From positions 310,001-374,000 of the forward strand of contig OZ025692.1 of assembly GCA_964019335.1 (NCBI GenBank): a stretch of DNA of 64,000 nt, given 5' to 3'. Made by a program: the position numbers and the translations under genes. The notes beneath the pieces are model-generated. The model was given only the letters and a program-made list of their open reading frames with translations. It had not been told where the DNA came from and made no database searches. The DNA comes from Diplonema japonicum. Its lineage: Eukaryota; Protista; Euglenozoa: Diplonemea. This document shows positions 61,244-64,000 of the stretch, in pieces (positions within the stretch are counted from its first letter, which is position 1; every line of letters begins with the position of its first letter).

Positions 61244-62897
61244 CTAATCGCCGAGTCTTCTACCAGTTCCCCACCTGTGAGGTGCTTGGGCCCCAGGAAC
61301 CTGCTGGCCCCTGTTGTCCGGCATGAAGGTCTGTTTTTTTTTTTTTTTTTTTTCCCTTTTTTTTTTTCTTCCTTCTGTCTTTCAATTATTTGACACATAC
61401 CTGAGCCCCCGCAACAGATGTCACAGCAACTTTCTGGGGAGGGAAAATATTGTACATGAACTGAGGAGTGTTCATGATGGAGATGTTGTGAGTGTTGGGG
61501 AAGACATCCTTGGTGCAGACATAGAAGTGGCCCGCTGTTTTTTTTTTTTTTTTTAATTTAATTCTGAGCAGCTCTCTCAAAGAATTTAGGCCGGGAAGAT
61601 ATAAATCAGGTTTCACTTTATTTCACGGGCGTGAAATAAAGTATCTGATTTTTTCCTCATGTTTTTAAGCCAAACGTTGCTGATTTTGCTGGGCGTGAAA
61701 ATCAGGTACTTTATTTCACGCCCACAGTCATTTCTAGCAAAATGGGAAGAAAACCGAAGGCGACCGGGAAGCGAGCCAAGGGCATCAGCCTCGAGAAAGA
61801 GGCCAAAGCTGTGATGGAAGACACGCTTCCAACGGCAAGCAAAATAGCCTACAAGAAGGAGTGGGAGAGGTTTTGCACCTACCACTCGATCAAACCCACG
61901 CCCCCTTCAGCCCTGCCCCCTTCGACACAGCCCACTTCTTCAGCAGTGCACAGAATCACGTTTGACATAAACGTCAACATCGATTCGCCGAATTGATCAT
62001 ACCAAACCCAGTACCGTGTTCAGTAAAGACTCGCGCATTGCGCCGCTACAAGCAGGCAGCAGCGAAGCCACACTTAGCACCTAAATTCTTTTCGAGAGCA
62101 GCTCATCATTAAATAAAATGCAGTATTGAATAAAATCAGAGCATGATTTCACTTGTGGGGTCCCCTTTTTTTGACTCGTTTTTTTACTTCACGAGCGAAG
62201 CGAGTGAAGTAAAATCACTCGTCAAAAAAAGGGGACCCCACGCGTGAAATCAGGCTATCTGATTTTCATTTAATAAATAGCTATTTTTTTTTTTTTTTTT
62301 TTTTCCCCATACCAACAATCCCGCAAATATCCCCGAAGGGGGACGAACCCATCAGCACGTGAATCAGGGTCAAGATCCAGGGGAAATACCCGGCCTTGAA
62401 CGCAAAGCCGTAGAACACCAACTCCTGCTGTTCGTGACGCTTGCACCAGACCCACACAATGCCCATAATGAACGACAGGGACAGGACCTTGAGGCTGAAA
62501 AACACCGCCAAAGGAACAAGAACCAGCACGATGGCCAACATCATCCAGACGTGGTCTGCCGTCCTCCCCATGAAGCCCAACGGGTAGTCCTCTTCTTCCA
62601 GCCGCTTCTGGTAGATCACAAAGAACACCAAGTTGAACATAAAGCTCATCGAAAAGGGCCCCAGAAAGAACGCACTGGTGACCAGCCTCCATGGTTCGGT
62701 CAAGAGCAGGGGGAAGACGAAGAAGAAGTGCGTGAAATCAACCAACTCGAACGAGGCCGCGGCTCCGAGCGCCTGTTTTTTTTTTTTTTTTTTTTTTTTT
62801 TCTTTCCTCCTCCCCTCTAACACACCATGCAAATAACCAACGTGAATTTTGTAATAGGGCCGAGCGACGACCACCAAGACTCAAAGGTCTGCGCCAT
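61244..62897 (-). CDS. DER1: Derlin (Der1-like ERAD protein), 4 exons
   Basis: Spliced product MAQTFESWWSSLGPITK...EPWRLVTS...GIVAGHFYVCTKDVFP...HRWGTGRRLGD* (WR motif, GxxxG, SHP box). Introns 62773-62825, 61535-62312, 61331-61400. Confidence 0.92.
61555..62286 (-). mobile_element. Crypton-like element family 1, copy B, inside Derlin intron 2 (body 61560-62281)
   Basis: Reverse complement of 2403-3124 with one substitution noticed. Flanked by the two halves of the intron's poly-A tract. Confidence 0.88.
61742..61996 (+). pseudogene. Recombinase remnant ORF of copy B
   Basis: Same 84-aa translation as 2688-2942. Confidence 0.55.
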
Positions 62898-62955
62898 TTT
62901 TTTTTTTTTTCTTCTCTTTTTTTTCTGAAAATTATAGAAAAAATCGGGTGGAAAC

Positions 62956-62990
<35 letters not shown>

Positions 62991-62997
62991 TTAACTC

Positions 62998-64000
62998 CTA
63001 ACTCAGACGTGGAAACGCCTCATTTCCCCGCAACTGCAACTCGGTGGCAGCCCACCTTCGCAACCCCTGCAGCTTCTCTGCTTCGGAATGCGGCGGCGCC
63101 AGCATATCATATAACACCACCAGAAAATCTGTTTTCGGGACGTTGGGAGGCAGGTCGAGGACGCTGAGCGGCTCTTCAAGGCTTTCCAAGGGCTCGGCAG
63201 ACCTTAAAAACCTGTGAAAAGGTGTCAGAAAAGGCAGCAACGAAGTGTGCAGCGTGTACAGTAAAAGGACGTTCGGGATGACCGCTCGAATTTCCTTGAA
63301 GATATCGGACCGTGTCGAGGTGACTGGGTGCTCTGAGTCTTCAACGGCAACATCAAGAGACAGGTGGACATGGTCCGAAAAAAACTCTTGAACGGGTTTT
63401 GTTGTAAGCCACGATGTCAGTTCGAGGTTCCCCGACTTCCCTTGTTCGATCAGATGGTATTTGACCTTTTGAAGCAAGAGCGTGACCCCTCTGTCACGAA
63501 TGGTCCGTTCGACGCTGGGCATGAACTGCGGTTCTTGTAGAGTGTCTGCTAAGCACCGTCTTAGGTGTCCGTACAACTCCATCTTCCTCTCTTCTGGTGC
63601 GTCTGAAAGTTGTTTTTTTTGCTCGATGTTTTCAAAATGTTGCAGCTCGGTGTCGATCTGTCCTGTGAAAACCCCCGGCACTGCAATCTTGATCTCCTCC
63701 GCGTTCCATCCATCGTCCTCTAAAAGATACGCTAGCTTTCCAAGCAATGCATCGTACGGTGGTGGAGTCCTGGGAGGTGGTGGAGACGGTGGTGTGCTGC
63801 ATTGTTTTTCCGTGTCAACGATACTCTCGGAATTCCTCCGTTTCAGTTTCGCGGCGATTCTATTGAGGAAGACCGGGGGGATCCCGGTGTGCGACAGGTC
63901 CAACGATTTTATCGTTGTGTTTGTAGTCAACAGGTTGCAAAGAAGCCGTCCTGCGGAGTCAAATAAACATTTGTTCCATGAGAGGTCTAGGGATGTTATG
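62998..64000 (-). CDS. RNI-like leucine-rich-repeat protein, 5' end outside the window
   Basis: Frame open to the window edge: ITSLDLSWN...LLTTNTTIKSLDLSHTGI. Confidence 0.75.
   Translation of the reverse strand, partial: ITSLDLSWNKCLFDSAGRLLCNLLTTNTTIKSLDLSHTGIPPVFLNRIAAKLKRRNSESIVDTEKQCSTPPSPPPPRTPPPYDALLGKLAYLLEDDGWNAEEIKIAVPGVFTGQIDTELQHFENIEQKKQLSDAPEERKMELYGHLRRCLADTLQEPQFMPSVERTIRDRGVTLLLQKVKYHLIEQGKSGNLELTSWLTTKPVQEFFSDHVHLSLDVAVEDSEHPVTSTRSDIFKEIRAVIPNVLLLYTLHTSLLPFLTPFHRFLRSAEPLESLEEPLSVLDLPPNVPKTDFLVVLYDMLAPPHSEAEKLQGLRRWAATELQLRGNEAFPRLS

Larger units (their letters stand above)
61535..62312 (-). other. Spliceosomal intron, 778 nt, enlarged by the mobile element
   Basis: GTATGG...AAACAG; removal restores the Derlin GIVAGH motif. 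Confidence 0.9.

Noticed and set aside
1-64000. Non-canonical introns or stop-codon reassignment
   Set aside because: All reconstructed introns are GT-AG; TAA, TAG and TGA all terminate genes and no conserved domain contains an in-frame stop.
1-64000. tRNA, rRNA or SL RNA genes
   Set aside because: None recognised by eye; tRNAscan-SE and Infernal would be needed to exclude them.

Overview
Eukaryotic nuclear DNA with gene-dense blocks separated by extremely homopolymer-rich spacers (poly-A/T/G/C). All 25 credible host genes lie head-to-tail on the minus strand, and 17 mostly tiny GT-AG introns were reconstructed. This combination points to a polycistronically transcribed euglenozoan, most plausibly a diplonemid; that assignment is inferred, not proven. 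Recognisable products include a CCCH zinc-finger protein, PPPDE peptidase, GRIP golgin, kinesin, Vps68/TMEM50, IWS1, a bacterial-type AGE-family epimerase/isomerase, an Mss116-like DEAD-box helicase, a divergent U-type cyclin, PDZ, PH and WW proteins, an RS protein with CysRS-anticodon-like domains, Derlin and an LRR protein. The most striking unexplained structure is a group of four non-autonomous mobile elements from three families (2398-3129, 34491-34992, 48673-49245, 61555-62286). They share one architecture: an AAATA|GCTATTTA terminus, a 130-150 bp hairpin with cGNAg triloop and tandem GA mismatches, an asymmetric inverted repeat pairing with the far end, subterminal motif repeats, a 5-bp AAATA core, and insertion into poly-A tracts. 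One family keeps a remnant resembling a Crypton-type tyrosine-recombinase N-terminus. Also notable are introns with poly-A where a polypyrimidine tract is expected, poly-A runs abutting start codons, and a 2.2-kb modular higher-order repeat of unknown nature. Homopolymer lengths may be unreliable.
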